In this document: positions 10,059 through 21,372 of the stretch, piece by piece | Layout of the letters: every line of letters starts with the position of its first letter | Numbering within the stretch: the first letter of the stretch is position 1 | Origin: an uncultured Methanoregulaceae archaeon | GTDB lineage: Archaea; Halobacteriota; Methanomicrobia; Methanomicrobiales; Methanospirillaceae | NCBI GenBank assembly: GCA_963701095.1 | Contig: OY969564.1 | Coordinates: 96,001-160,000, forward strand | Length of the DNA stretch: 64,000 nucleotides | Reading direction: 5' to 3' | The notes under the pieces: generated by a model | Told to the model about the DNA's origin: nothing | Database searches by the model: none | Seen by the model: the letters and a program-made list of their open reading frames with translations, nothing else | Translations under genes and position numbers: made by a program

Positions 10059-10595
10059 ATGGAATTCAAGAAAGTCTTCATCAGCGAATTAAAACCTGCG
10101 AAATACAATCCCAGGAAAGACCTTCAGCCAAACGACCCGGAATATCAGCAGATAAAGCGGTCTATCGAAGAGTTCGGGTATGTGGATCCGGTGATTATCA
10201 ACAGCGACAATACGGTTATCGGTGGCCACCAGCGGCTCAAGGTGCTCAAAGAACTTGGCAACGCCCAGATCGATGTCGTCCAGATTGATATTCCCAAAAA
10301 CAAGGAGAAAGCGCTCAACGTCACCCTCAACAAGATTAGCGGCGAGTGGGATATGGACAAGCTCACGTCTCTTCTTGGCGAACTGAAAACGGAAGGGTTG
10401 CTGGATATTACCGGCTTCGATGAAAAAGAGTTCGCGGCATTAAAGGCGAACCTGGAAAAAGTCGATGAACCAAAAGAGGTTCCGTTGAAATCCGCGTTTG
10501 AAGTCATCATCGAATGTCCCAACGAAAGCGAGCAGGAACGAACCTACAATGAGCTCACGGAGGCCGGGTACAAGTGCCGCGTTTTGACATTGTAA
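10059..10595 (+). CDS. ParB N-terminal (ParB/Srx) domain protein
   Basis: LKPAKYNPR, IKRSIEEFGYVDPVIIN, GGHQRL, LNKISGEWD. Confidence 0.9.
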   Translation: MEFKKVFISELKPAKYNPRKDLQPNDPEYQQIKRSIEEFGYVDPVIINSDNTVIGGHQRLKVLKELGNAQIDVVQIDIPKNKEKALNVTLNKISGEWDMDKLTSLLGELKTEGLLDITGFDEKEFAALKANLEKVDEPKEVPLKSAFEVIIECPNESEQERTYNELTEAGYKCRVLTL

Positions 10596-11651
10596 AGACC
10601 ACAAAGGCCGATGAAACGTTCAAGGTAGAACAAGTCAAGGGAGCCTTTGACCTGCAAACCTCCACCATCCAGGAACATTTTACCGGAGATATTGCCATTG
10701 AAGGCAAAGACTGGAACATCGGCCTGATCGTTGGGCGGAGCGGGACTGGTAAAACCACTATTGCCCGGGAAGTTTTCGCTAATGGATATATTGAGCCACA
10801 TCAATACGGAACGGCTGCCATTGTAAATGAGATGCCCAACGGCTTGAACTACGCTGATATCACCAAAATGTTCACTGCCGTGGGTTTTTCATCGCCTCCT
10901 TCGTGGCTGAAACCGTATGCCGTACTGAGTAATGGCGAGAAAATGAGGGTCGACCTTGCCCGGGCCCTGCTTGAAGACCGGGACGTGATTGTCTTTGACG
11001 AATACACTTCGGTAGTAGACCGGGACGTTGCCAAAGTGTGTTCTTTGGCGTTGAACAAAGCAATCAGAAACCAAGGTAAGAAGTTCATCGCCGTATCCTG
11101 TCATGATGACATTATCGAATGGCTGCAACCTGATTGGGTGTACGATACCAATCAGCAGACGTTTTCCTTTCGGTCCGGGAAACGTCCTGAAATCACGGTT
11201 GACGTCTTCGACACCCACAGAAACGCAGACCTTTGGCCGTTATTTGGGAAGTATCATTATCTGAATACTGAAGTCAAGAGAGGCACCGACATTTTTGTGG
11301 GCTGCATTAACAACGCCCCGGTAGCCTTCTGCGCTGTGAGGCACTTTCCCCACCCGAAAAATCCCCGGTTAAAGATGATTCACCGGTTGGTGGTCCTCCC
11401 AGATTATCAGGGCATAGGTATAGGAACACGGTTCCTGGGATTCGTGGCTGACCTGTATACAAAGAGGGGATTTGCTGTACACCTGGTCACCTCGCAGGTA
11501 TCGCTTATCAACTCCCTCACAAAACACGGCTGGCGCATGGTCTATTACGGCCACCAGACAAAGCAGGTTGGCGGGCTGGAATGCCTTAAAGAAGCTGACT
11601 AGTACCCGCAGGATTACCGCTTCGTTCGCATATTCCGGGAGGTCGGTGTGA
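10574..11651 (+). CDS. ABC-type ATPase fused to GNAT acetyltransferase (frameshift near 11590)
   Basis: GRSGTGKTT, LSNGEKMR, VFDEY, H-loop SCH; YHYL; RLVVLPDYQGIGIG; alternative frame continues RRITASFAY to a TGA overlapping the terS GTG. Confidence 0.85.
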
Positions 11652-12103
11652 CCAAGAAGAAACCACCAGCGGCACTCAAGAAACGGGGCCGTAAAAAGAT
11701 CCCGATTGATTACGAAAAAGCGGAGAAATTGGCATCCATAATGTGTACGCAATCAGAAATCGCATCCGTTCTCGGTGTTTCCCTTTCGCAATTGGCTCAC
11801 GATCCCGAATTTTTGCATATCCATAAAAAAGGCATGGAACACGGTAAGGCATCACTGCGCCGTATGCAATATGCCGCTGCGAGTGGTGGAAACCCCACCA
11901 TGCAGATCTGGCTTGGAAAACAGTATCTTGAGCAACGGGATAAGATGGACGTCGAAAACACCATAACAACCGAAGAAGTCCTCGTCCGTGAGCGAGCACT
12001 GATTGAGATAGTCAAGGAGGCTATCCGTGCAGAAGCAGACCCCGAAACTACGCGGAAAATCGTCGCACACATCAAAACCCGCTGCAATCCCGTCAATACG
12101 TGA
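11648..12103 (+). CDS. terS: Terminase small subunit
   Basis: CTQSEIASVLGVS, KASLRRMQ, NPTMQIWLGKQYLEQRD; directly upstream of terL. Confidence 0.8.
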   Translation: MTKKKPPAALKKRGRKKIPIDYEKAEKLASIMCTQSEIASVLGVSLSQLAHDPEFLHIHKKGMEHGKASLRRMQYAAASGGNPTMQIWLGKQYLEQRDKMDVENTITTEEVLVRERALIEIVKEAIRAEADPETTRKIVAHIKTRCNPVNT

Positions 12104-13652
12104 TCAACTCAACGATCAGTTCGTCAGCGGTTTTGAACTCGCAAACCCTGTAGTGGATATCCTCACCTTTGCGGAGTCACCGGAGTATCTCGGTCGCAAA
12201 TTGTTTCCATCACAGCAGGAAATCCTCGCCGATTTCTATGACCCCGCGAAACCCTACGAAGAGCTGCTGCTGATTTGCGGCCGTGATTCCACCAAGACGT
12301 TCATGGTCAGTATCATTGCCGCATATACCGCCTATCTGTGGCTGGAGATCCCGGACCCGTATTATCTCTACCAGGGACGGGTCGACCGCGGCAAAGAAGT
12401 CCACATCATCTGCCTTGCGGTCAAGAGCGAACAGGCTACCATTCTGCTGGATGAAATCAAGGCGAAGATTAACACGAGTCCCTATTTCTCCGATAAAATC
12501 GTGTCAATGAACAATTTCGAGATTGTCCTCAACAAGAACCTCCACATCATCGCTGCAACCTCTAACAGTGCGTCCGAGGTCGGGAAGACAGCCATTCTTG
12601 TCCTGTTCGATGAGATAGGAAAATACGGGCAGGAACAGGGTACTAGAGACGGTGAAGAAGTCTATGACAGTCTCACTCCCTCCGTGGGCCGGTTTGCGTC
12701 TAATAGACCGGAGTTCCTGAAACGGTGTGCCGGGGATGCAGGTCTCGAGCGGATTGTCCGGTTCCTGGGCCGGGTTGTGTCGATGTCAACCCCGATGGGA
12801 AAACAGGGTATTCTCTGGCGGATTTACCAGACTGCTTTACGGATGCCCGAGGGTATCCGCATGTACCACCGGCCGACCTGGGAGATGAACCCGAATTACC
12901 CCATAGGGTGTGCGTATCTCGAAGAACAGAAGAAAAAGAATCCGGCGGCGTTTAACCGCGAATATGGCGCGGAATTCGATGAGGCAGTCGATGCCATGTT
13001 TCCCCGTGAGATTGTTGATCGCAACAGCCGGGCATCATCTCCCACGTACGATTACCAGATGGAATATATCGGCGTCCTCGATACGAGCAAACACAAAGAC
13101 GCCTTCGGGTTCGCTATCGGCCACCTGCTTGGGGGGCGGGTCGTCATCGACGTGATAAAGTATTTCTTCCCGGATAAAGGCGTACTGAACTGGAACCACG
13201 TCACAAACGAGATTATACAAATATGCCGCCGATATAGGGTCGATCACCTCCTACACGATGGGTACGAAGGGGAAGCCGTCAAACTGTATTTCAACAACTT
13301 CCTGCTGACAGAAACACCGTTTTCCGGCCAGTATAAGATGCAGATTTACTCGTCACTTGAAGACCGGATGTACCAGAACCAGATCGAGTACCCGGCCGAA
13401 TCCCGGCTGCTTGCGGAGCTCAAAGCGATCCAGAAGAAATGGAACGGCGACAAGTTCACGATCCATCACCCGGACAGCGGGCCGGTAACCACGGATGAAG
13501 GCCCCGACCTGATCGCCAATCTCTCGTATTTCCTGTTTACCCGATTTGTGAAAACCCGGGAGGGTCTCGATGACAGCCGGCCGTCCGGGTGGCCCGATGA
13601 TGATAACGAGGATTGTATTGCATTTATCGCCGGCGGACAGGTGCACTGTTGA
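12027..13652 (+). CDS. terL: Terminase large subunit (start uncertain)
   Basis: Walker A variant GRDSTKT, Walker B LFDE, STP coupling motif, REYGAEF, RNase-H nuclease LDTS..D and DEGPD. Confidence 0.85.
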   Translation: MQKQTPKLRGKSSHTSKPAAIPSIRDQLNDQFVSGFELANPVVDILTFAESPEYLGRKLFPSQQEILADFYDPAKPYEELLLICGRDSTKTFMVSIIAAYTAYLWLEIPDPYYLYQGRVDRGKEVHIICLAVKSEQATILLDEIKAKINTSPYFSDKIVSMNNFEIVLNKNLHIIAATSNSASEVGKTAILVLFDEIGKYGQEQGTRDGEEVYDSLTPSVGRFASNRPEFLKRCAGDAGLERIVRFLGRVVSMSTPMGKQGILWRIYQTALRMPEGIRMYHRPTWEMNPNYPIGCAYLEEQKKKNPAAFNREYGAEFDEAVDAMFPREIVDRNSRASSPTYDYQMEYIGVLDTSKHKDAFGFAIGHLLGGRVVIDVIKYFFPDKGVLNWNHVTNEIIQICRRYRVDHLLHDGYEGEAVKLYFNNFLLTETPFSGQYKMQIYSSLEDRMYQNQIEYPAESRLLAELKAIQKKWNGDKFTIHHPDSGPVTTDEGPDLIANLSYFLFTRFVKTREGLDDSRPSGWPDDDNEDCIAFIAGGQVHC

Positions 13653-13669
13653 CGTTCATTTTCAAATGC

Positions 13670-13903
13670 ATGAGTAAAGAGATTGTCATCGCAGAGGCCG
13701 CTAGGGTTATGCTCGCGATTGAAAAGAACGCCAGCATGTCCCTTATCATCGAACCATGCCCGGACCCGGATCGTGAAGGGTGGTGGCAGGTGCGGGAATG
13801 CCCGATATTTCCCATCCCCCAGTATAAATCCAAACCGCACCGGAAAAGCGAGCGAAAAGTCCGGCGGGATATGGGCAGACCGAGACTTCGCCAGACCGTT
13901 TAA
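13670..13903 (+). CDS. Small hypothetical protein
   Basis: ORF following terL. Confidence 0.45.
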   Translation: MSKEIVIAEAARVMLAIEKNASMSLIIEPCPDPDREGWWQVRECPIFPIPQYKSKPHRKSERKVRRDMGRPRLRQTV

Positions 13904-13921
13904 AAAGTGTTCATCCTACGC

Positions 13922-14152
13922 TTACGTATCCTCAAGCAGTAAAAAATACTCTTCACGGGAAATCCCGGCAGATTTCAGATTATTCTTGATAATGAAAACA
14001 GGGACATCATCCCAGTCCGGAATGACCAGTGGTCGTTTCGCACCGGGCTTTGAAAAAACATAATGATCGCCTTCAATTCTCCTGCAGGTATAACCGGCAT
14101 GCTCGAAGACCTTACGTAACTTTCTTGCCGGGATCGGGACAATCTTTGGCAT
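13922..14152 (-). CDS. hicA: HicA-family mRNA interferase toxin
   Basis: RKVFEHAGY..RIEGDH, PLVIP, NNLKSAGISREEY. Confidence 0.88.
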   Translation of the reverse strand: MPKIVPIPARKLRKVFEHAGYTCRRIEGDHYVFSKPGAKRPLVIPDWDDVPVFIIKNNLKSAGISREEYFLLLEDT

Positions 14153-14155
14153 TGA

Positions 14156-14440
14156 TCAGAGACTGACTTCTTCTGCCGCAATGATTTTTGGCGGTACATA
14201 CCGTCCATCGTGATTTACGGTATAGTTGACCTCAGAAAGAATCTCGTCGAGCGTTCCCATTTTTTCAGATTCTTCAAGAAACAACCGGATAGCAGTCCTG
14301 AGCATCTCTTTAGCGTTCAGGACGGAATTTCCGCAGCTCGAAAGATCCAGCTCCGGGCAGTACGCAACAAACGTATCCCCTTCCTTAAACACGATCATAT
14401 CGAAATTCATTTTGATCATAGTGTCACCGTTCTCATTCAA
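14156..14440 (-). CDS. hicB: HicB-family antitoxin
   Basis: FVAYCPELDLSSCG...AKEMLRTAIRLFLE. Confidence 0.88.
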   Translation of the reverse strand: MNENGDTMIKMNFDMIVFKEGDTFVAYCPELDLSSCGNSVLNAKEMLRTAIRLFLEESEKMGTLDEILSEVNYTVNHDGRYVPPKIIAAEEVSL

Positions 14441-14609
14441 ACCGGGATTGATTGTCCATATCTTGGCCTTTAGTTATGATAATTCCATCCATGGTCCGCA
14501 TGGATACTGCACTAGTTGATGCTATTTTTTTACTCTTCTGATGGGGGGTTATCGGTTTTCGCCAGACCGTTTCAAGTTTATAATTTTTGACGGAATAACG
14601 AAAACCAGC

Positions 14610-14978
14610 ATGCCACAACTCGAACTGGATCCTGGTTTTGTAAAACCGGTGAGTGCATCTGACATTGCAGAACCGGGATACGTACCTGGTTTCACCGTAT
14701 TACCGGCAGCAAGTACCAACCTCCTCAAGAACGGCAATATTACCTGCATCAAACCTAACGGACGCCTTGCATTTTGGTTCACTTCTACCGTTGCAGGAAC
14801 ACTGACGGTCACGTATACCGTCAATGGTGTGATTACCAAGAGTCTCCAGAACGGCGGAGCGTTGTTGGTCGCCGGGGTCGAGTATTCCGGTGTCATCGCA
14901 GTAGACGCGAATGAAACCGTCAATTTCCAGTACTCAGTCACCAGCGGCACCTATCGCCTGGTTGTTCGGGAGATCTGA
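14610..14978 (+). CDS. Beta-rich hypothetical (possibly virion) protein
   Basis: TGATG coupling to the portal gene. Confidence 0.55.
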   Translation: MPQLELDPGFVKPVSASDIAEPGYVPGFTVLPAASTNLLKNGNITCIKPNGRLAFWFTSTVAGTLTVTYTVNGVITKSLQNGGALLVAGVEYSGVIAVDANETVNFQYSVTSGTYRLVVREI

Positions 14979-16752
14979 TGGTGAAGCGTCCGGCAAATGC
15001 TCCCTTTGATCCTCTGGAGGGTATCGAGCATTTCTCCGGGATCGCCATGGGTGCAGCCTATACCATCCCCGACTTTGGTCCCAACGGCCGGGCATTGAAC
15101 GGCCAGGAATACATCAACAAAGCCCTGGACTCTGATGTGTACGGCGGCCGGAAAATCACCTATTTCAACAAATACGACCGTCTCCAGCAGCTCGAACAAA
15201 TTAATTCAAGACTGGGCATCGGCCTGATCAAGCTCGGCTTCAAACTCCGTGGCCCGGAATTCAAACTGTTCTGCGACCAGGCCGCCGGACTTACCAACGA
15301 ACAGCAGACCTCAATTCTCCAGGACGCGAACAATTTTACGACCAATCTTGATCTCCAGAACCAGTTTGCTGCTGCAGGCCGGCTACTTGCCCGTGACGGC
15401 ACTGTTCCGATCCTTAACAGTGCGGATGCCCGGTTTGGCAATGGGGAGGGTATTACAACCCTTGACTATATGCCGATGAGCCATACCACGATCCTCCCTA
15501 TCGATGCAGAACCTATGACCGCATTCCAGAACGAGGAACAGCTCTGGGAATATGGCACACTCACGGGTGAAGCGTACCAGGTTATTATTAACGAACGCAT
15601 CCAGGCTAAACGCGAAATCCACCTGATCCCGAATGGCCGGGTTACCCTCATGCGGCTGATGCATTTCGGTAACCAGGTCCGTGACATTTACAACCGCAAC
15701 ACGATCGGTCTCTACGGTATCAGCCTTGCCGAGATGATTGATCCCCGCGTCAAGCAACTCGAAGATATGATGTGGGGTTTTTCAAAAGCAATCAACCGGT
15801 ATGGGTATGGCAGGCTCCAGATCGACAACGACCTCCTGAAACAACAGATCGTTGAAGGGACGATGAACCTCAAACAGGCTACGAAGATCATGGCCACGGA
15901 ACAGAAAATCATGAATACCCTGGAGCCCAACCGTGACCTCCTGACCATTGGTAAGACGGTGAAGGCTATCCCGGCGGGTTTGAGAATGCTTCCGGTGTTA
16001 TCGAGATGATCGAGGCCGTCCAGAACGATATCTCGTATGGCCTGTTCGAGACGGAAGCCGGAGGCAACCGGACTCATTCCGGTTCGAACCGGGCGTCGTC
16101 CCAAATATCTGACCAGGATGCCAACCGGGTCCTTGAAGCACTGCGGCTCCAGGTCAAGGTCGGCTTTGAGTCCATCATCAAACGGCACCTTGAACTGCTC
16201 GGATATAACGAGGTTGAAGCCCAGTCTATCCGGATTGAACTGCAGCCCATTGATACGCCTATCGCAGATCTCCAGGTGCTTTTGAATATCGCCGCGATGG
16301 ATCCGAAGGCACTCTCAATGGGACAGGCTATTGAAATGGCCGGCCTGCACATTCCTCCACGGCAGACGGTTGATTTTGAAGAGGATCAAACGATCCAGAG
16401 CGATGATCAGAATCCTCCGGCTGTTGCAATGCCTCCAGGGAAAGGTGCGTCGATGACGATGTTCGGAGCCAAGATCGATGTACGGCCGGGTGAGTCTATC
16501 CAGGCCGCATACAAACGTAAGACAAAACAGGAACTATTCGCAGCGGTCAAAAAGTGGAAAGGAGAAAATAAGAAAATTCCTCTGCCTGCCTCAAAGACCG
16601 GTGAGTGGCGGCTGATCTTCGGCCGGTATATTAACGTGAAGGAGGGCGATGACGAAGCGGCATGCTATCTCACGCAAACCCTCCGGAACTACGACGATGA
16701 TGCCGAAGCTTGGGAGCAGGAATTACGGCGGGTAAAGGAGGGAAAGAAATGA
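14978..16752 (+). CDS. Portal protein (split by one frameshift near 15975)
   Basis: Position after terL; 'YGISLAE' motif; frames join as PAGFENASGVIEMIEA if one G is added to the G-run. Confidence 0.7.
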
Positions 16753-16887
16753 GATTTTCCACAGCATGCATTAGCCATTATCAAATAAGAAAATATATCG
16801 TTATTAGGATGAAATGAGGGGATATGCTTCCTGAAAATCCCAAAGAAATGTTAAAAAGAATCGATGGGGCAGTGAAAAGCGGGAGAA

Positions 16888-19152
16888 TTAGGTTAGTTTT
16901 TTTAGTGCGATTTCCCGATTCTGTTTCGCGATGGCATAATCTGGTTTAATGGCTAGGGCTTTGTCAAAAGATGCAATTGCATCATTAAGTCTACCAAGAC
17001 CACTGAGCGCGACTCCGCGGGTATCCCACACCAAGGCATAATTTGGGTTAAGATTGATTGCGTTGTCACATGAGGTAAGGGCTTCTGTATACCGACCGAG
17101 ATTATTCAGAGCATCCCCTCGGTTGTTCCACGCATCTGGGCTTTTTGGGTAGATTGCAATCGCTTTGTCATAAGAGGCGAGTGCTTCCGAATACCGACCG
17201 AGCATCCCTAGCAAGACTCCACGATTGTACCACACCAGAACATAATTTGGATAGATATCAATTGCCTTGTCATATGAGTCAAGTGCTTCCCTATTTCGGC
17301 CGAGCTTACGTAGTATAATCCCGCGATTGCCCCACGCTTCTGCGATATTAGGGTTGATGGCAATTGCCTTGTCATATGAGTCAAGTGCTTCTGTATGCCG
17401 ACCGAGATTTTTCAGAATATCTCCGCGATTGCCCCACGCTTCTGCGATATTGGGGTTGATGGCAATTGCCTTGTCATATGAGTCAAGTGCTTCTGTATGC
17501 CGACCGAGAATCCCTGACAAGACTCCATGGTTGTAACACGCATCAATGTCTTTGGGGTTTATCGCAAGGATTTTATCATAACATTCTATTGCTTTCTGGA
17601 AGTCCTTCAGATCAGAAAACATTTTTCCCTTGTTTCTCCATACAAGAGCCTCCCTTGGATTTATTTCGAGAGATTTATCATAACATTCTATTCCTTTCTG
17701 AAATTCTCCAAGATTATCTAAAGATTTACCTTTGGCTCCCCATGCTCTATCGTTTCTCGGGTCTATCTCAAGGGCTTTATCAAAACATTTAATTGCTTCC
17801 AGATTTTTCTTCAAAAAGGAAAGAATACCGCCTTTATTAATCCATGAATCAGCCATTCTTGGATCTAACTCAAGCGCTTTATCATAACATTCAAGTGCTT
17901 CATGGACGTTTCCCAGACAACGAAGAGCATATCCTTTATTACTCCAACCAAGAGGATCTTTTGGATTTATTTCAAGAGCTTTGTTGTAGCATTTAATTGC
18001 TTCTGGGTATTTCTTGAGATTATCAAGATTTATGCCCATTTCATACCATATACCGGCCACATTTGGATTTATGTCGAGAGCTTTTTCACAACATTCAATT
18101 GCCTCTTGATATTTTCCTAGATTACTAAATGCGACCGCTTTACTTAGCCAATTAGATCCTGTTAAACTCTGGTCTTCTTCAAAAACAACGTATTTTTCTT
18201 TAAAAAGGATATTATAGAGTGATATTAACTCATTTTTCAAGTCATTAAAATCTGAATATCTATTATCTGGATTTCTCTCAATACATTTCATAATCAATGT
18301 ATCCAGTTGTTCCGGTATCTCAGGATTCAAACTCTTAGGTCGTTCCGGTGTTTTTTCAAAGATCTCATTTAGATCATGGAAGGGTAGTTTTCCTGTTAGC
18401 AACACATAAAGTGTCAATCCAAAAGAATAGATGTCAGATCTCGTTGTCACTGGTCCCTTAAAAGAAAATTTATCTTGAATGTTCCTAGGGAACTGTTCCG
18501 GTGGCATAAATATAGGTGTTCCAATGCCATTTGAGACGTTTATGGAATCCCCCAGCATTTGATCACCCAATACTTTTACCAATCCAAAATCTGTGATTTT
18601 AAAAGAATACCTGGATATAAATCTTGGATCTTGTCGCAGCAATACATTGGTGGGTTTAATATCGCGGTGAATTATCCCATATTTGTGATAGACGTAATCC
18701 ATCCCTGTACAAAATTGAATGGCAAAGTCCATAGCGTTCTTAATATCAATTTTACCAATAAATCGGTCTAGATCTCCTCCGGGGACATATTCTAAAAACA
18801 GTAAAGGTTTACCTTCGACTATTCGAATTGTATTTGCAAAAACAATGTTTGCATGGTGCTCAATTGCAATCCAGACCTCTGCTTCCGCCATGAATCTTTG
18901 GATTGCATTATTATCCCAGAGAAATTTATCCTGAAAAGTTTTAATAGCAATAAGTCCATTCGATTGTAGCTCACGAGCGATATAAACAACACCCATGCCG
19001 CCTTTTTTTATATCAACAATTTCGTAGAGATTCGAAATTTTATAACCTTTCTCCCAAGGTTTCACGGTGGGATGTAAAATATACGTGTTGGGGTTATTGT
19101 TTAAATCAGAGTCATTCTCTGGATTTATTCTAAAATTATAAAGAAATCCCAT
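16888..19152 (-). CDS. Hanks-type Ser/Thr protein kinase with C-terminal TPR array
   Basis: GGMGVVY, AIK, HRDIKPTN, DFG, GTPIFMPPE, SDIYSFG; about 12 TPR units. Confidence 0.95.
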   Translation of the reverse strand: MGFLYNFRINPENDSDLNNNPNTYILHPTVKPWEKGYKISNLYEIVDIKKGGMGVVYIARELQSNGLIAIKTFQDKFLWDNNAIQRFMAEAEVWIAIEHHANIVFANTIRIVEGKPLLFLEYVPGGDLDRFIGKIDIKNAMDFAIQFCTGMDYVYHKYGIIHRDIKPTNVLLRQDPRFISRYSFKITDFGLVKVLGDQMLGDSINVSNGIGTPIFMPPEQFPRNIQDKFSFKGPVTTRSDIYSFGLTLYVLLTGKLPFHDLNEIFEKTPERPKSLNPEIPEQLDTLIMKCIERNPDNRYSDFNDLKNELISLYNILFKEKYVVFEEDQSLTGSNWLSKAVAFSNLGKYQEAIECCEKALDINPNVAGIWYEMGINLDNLKKYPEAIKCYNKALEINPKDPLGWSNKGYALRCLGNVHEALECYDKALELDPRMADSWINKGGILSFLKKNLEAIKCFDKALEIDPRNDRAWGAKGKSLDNLGEFQKGIECYDKSLEINPREALVWRNKGKMFSDLKDFQKAIECYDKILAINPKDIDACYNHGVLSGILGRHTEALDSYDKAIAINPNIAEAWGNRGDILKNLGRHTEALDSYDKAIAINPNIAEAWGNRGIILRKLGRNREALDSYDKAIDIYPNYVLVWYNRGVLLGMLGRYSEALASYDKAIAIYPKSPDAWNNRGDALNNLGRYTEALTSCDNAINLNPNYALVWDTRGVALSGLGRLNDAIASFDKALAIKPDYAIAKQNREIALKKLT

Positions 19153-19338
19153 TATATACTCAAATTTTCATTCTATTTTTTACCTTTATAAGGTTTTTCG
19201 ACTTTTAACATTTTGTACGAAACCTCAACTAATTTTCACCTTAAAAGTGAAGATAAAATGAAAGGTTAGGCAAAATGAATTTATTGTTGTTCACCTGGCT
19301 AAATTTAAAATATTAGTTTAATGGATCCCTTTGCCGTA

Positions 19339-20163
19339 TTAATTTCCAACCATAATAGTTCCATTTTGTTGTTTCACCATCTTTGCCATTTCTGGGTTTA
19401 AACGATATAATTGATTATAAGCATCAAGAAATTCTTTATCGCGGTTTAAATTTTTGAGAGCTGATGCTTTGTTATACCACGCGAAGGTGTCATTTGGATT
19501 TAATTGAATGGCTCTGTCGCATGCAATGAGAGATTCATCATAACGCTTCAGAAAAACAAGGATGCCGCCCCTGTTATGCCATGCAGATGCATCATTTGGA
19601 TTTAATTGAATGGCTCTGTCGCATGCAATGAGAGCTTCTTCCTGACGCTTCAGAAGAAAAAGGACACCGCCTTTCTTCCACCATGAGGTTGCATTATTTG
19701 GAGTGAATTGTAGAGCTTGGTCATGCGCATTCAAAGCTTCTTCAAATTGTTTAAGTACATGACTAAAGATGGCTGCCTTCTCTTGCCACGCAATCAATGC
19801 ATGATCATTATCGGGATTTAATTGAAGGACTCGATTATATGAGTCTAGAGCTTCTTCATGCCGGTTCAAATTATTGAGGATATACCCTCTCATGCACCAT
19901 GAGTCCGTATCATTTGGGTTTAGGTTAAGGGCGTGGTCATATGCCACCAGGCTCCCTTCGTAGCGTTTTAAATCAATAAGCATTCGTCCTTTAAATTTCC
20001 ATAAATCTGATGATTCTGGCTTTAATTGAATCGCCACATCACAAGCAGTAAAGGCATCTAAAAATAATCCCATATTATAGTTTTTAAAGGCAGCATCCAT
20101 CCATTGATTGGCATTTTTTCCCTCAATTGTTTTCTCGGTTGAAGAAAAAACCATTATTATCAA
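19339..20163 (-). CDS. TPR repeat protein
   Basis: Repeated 'W..KG..L..LKRYEEAL..YD.A..LNP'. Confidence 0.9.
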   Translation of the reverse strand: MIIMVFSSTEKTIEGKNANQWMDAAFKNYNMGLFLDAFTACDVAIQLKPESSDLWKFKGRMLIDLKRYEGSLVAYDHALNLNPNDTDSWCMRGYILNNLNRHEEALDSYNRVLQLNPDNDHALIAWQEKAAIFSHVLKQFEEALNAHDQALQFTPNNATSWWKKGGVLFLLKRQEEALIACDRAIQLNPNDASAWHNRGGILVFLKRYDESLIACDRAIQLNPNDTFAWYNKASALKNLNRDKEFLDAYNQLYRLNPEMAKMVKQQNGTIMVGN

Positions 20164-20463
20164 TCCTATTGTAAATTTGTAACATCTTAATACTTTATTT
20201 AAAAAAACCTAAACAAGGGTGTTCTTTTCTATCCAACATCATCTTATATTCCGTGCAGTACTGCCACTGGATCGCGCTTCAAGGCATTAAGTAAAATCAA
20301 ATCGGGGTACAATTTATCTTATGATTTTTGTCAGAGTTTTTCTGGAAAACAAATTGCCACATGGAATTTTAATTAATATCTATCTTGCGGACTTTGTGTG
20401 GCACATACCTTTTATTATTTAATTCTCAATATACCATATAATTATTAAAAGATGGTGACGTAA

Positions 20464-20889
20464 ATGGGCGTTGTAGTTGAAATTCTAAAGAAAGTAAGAG
20501 ATCCGCTTAATCTCTTATACATGGCAATGCCACGAGTTTCGATGAAACCAATTGGTGGTGGACGTGCAACGTCTACAGAATATGTACCGGATCAACTTGT
20601 ATTTGATGTTCATATATGGAATGACCGAGTGCAACTTTTCAAGGTCGGTGGCGGGATAAATCTCCAGTCATCAAATCTTGCAGTACGAATGATGGTAGAA
20701 CAATTATATCCAATGTATGTCAATATCAGAGAAGTTTGTGATATTGGAGATATAGATGAAATAGAAAAACGTGGGCGGGAATTATCAGATACCGATGATC
20801 CAACCCCATATACAACCGCATTTAACGAGTTTGTAAAATTAAAAGAACGTAGAATCAAAGATTTCGAAGCAGGTGATATACAAGGATAA
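20464..20889 (+). CDS. Hypothetical protein
   Basis: 141-aa ORF preceded by GGTGA RBS. Confidence 0.55.
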   Translation: MGVVVEILKKVRDPLNLLYMAMPRVSMKPIGGGRATSTEYVPDQLVFDVHIWNDRVQLFKVGGGINLQSSNLAVRMMVEQLYPMYVNIREVCDIGDIDEIEKRGRELSDTDDPTPYTTAFNEFVKLKERRIKDFEAGDIQG

Positions 20890-21190
20890 CAAACCCAAAT
20901 CCGATAATACCATTTAATTTTGCACTTGCTATCCCCAGTGATGTGATACGGAATTGAATATTTTTTGAGAACCGGGTATTTTCGTTGTGCTATGCGCCAT
21001 AAGCTATGGCGGATATTCTGCCGTCCCTTATGTCCTCGTTCCCATGAGTTTTATATATAGCATAAGATGTACTGACAATTATCCAGTTGACTTTGGACTA
21101 TCTGGCAGCAACATCTTACAATCCGGGCAATCAGTTCCCATACTAAAAGAACAAATAAAGATTAAGTTGATGAAATAGTGGGGAAATAAT

Positions 21191-21240
21191 ATGATAACGC
21201 ACTGTTATAGGTGTGGACACTATACTTTATTGAATTCATG
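21191..21240 (+). pseudogene. 5' fragment of a Zn-finger/TPR gene interrupted by the transposon
   Basis: MITHCYRCGHYTLLNS-C joins in frame to PIYPGLTKG at 25761 when the element and one TSD are removed. Confidence 0.8.
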
Positions 21241-21372
21241 GGCTTTGCACGTAAACTCGCTTCTGCACGTAAAGTATGAGACTTGCACGTAAAGTGGCGT
21301 ATAGGTAATTTTTAATAAATTTGAACCGATCAATTTGAAAATACTAATAGGAATGAATGGAGAACAACTAGT

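Noticed and set aside
10574..11602. ABC transporter
   Set aside because: No permease or binding protein; fused to GNAT within the packaging operon
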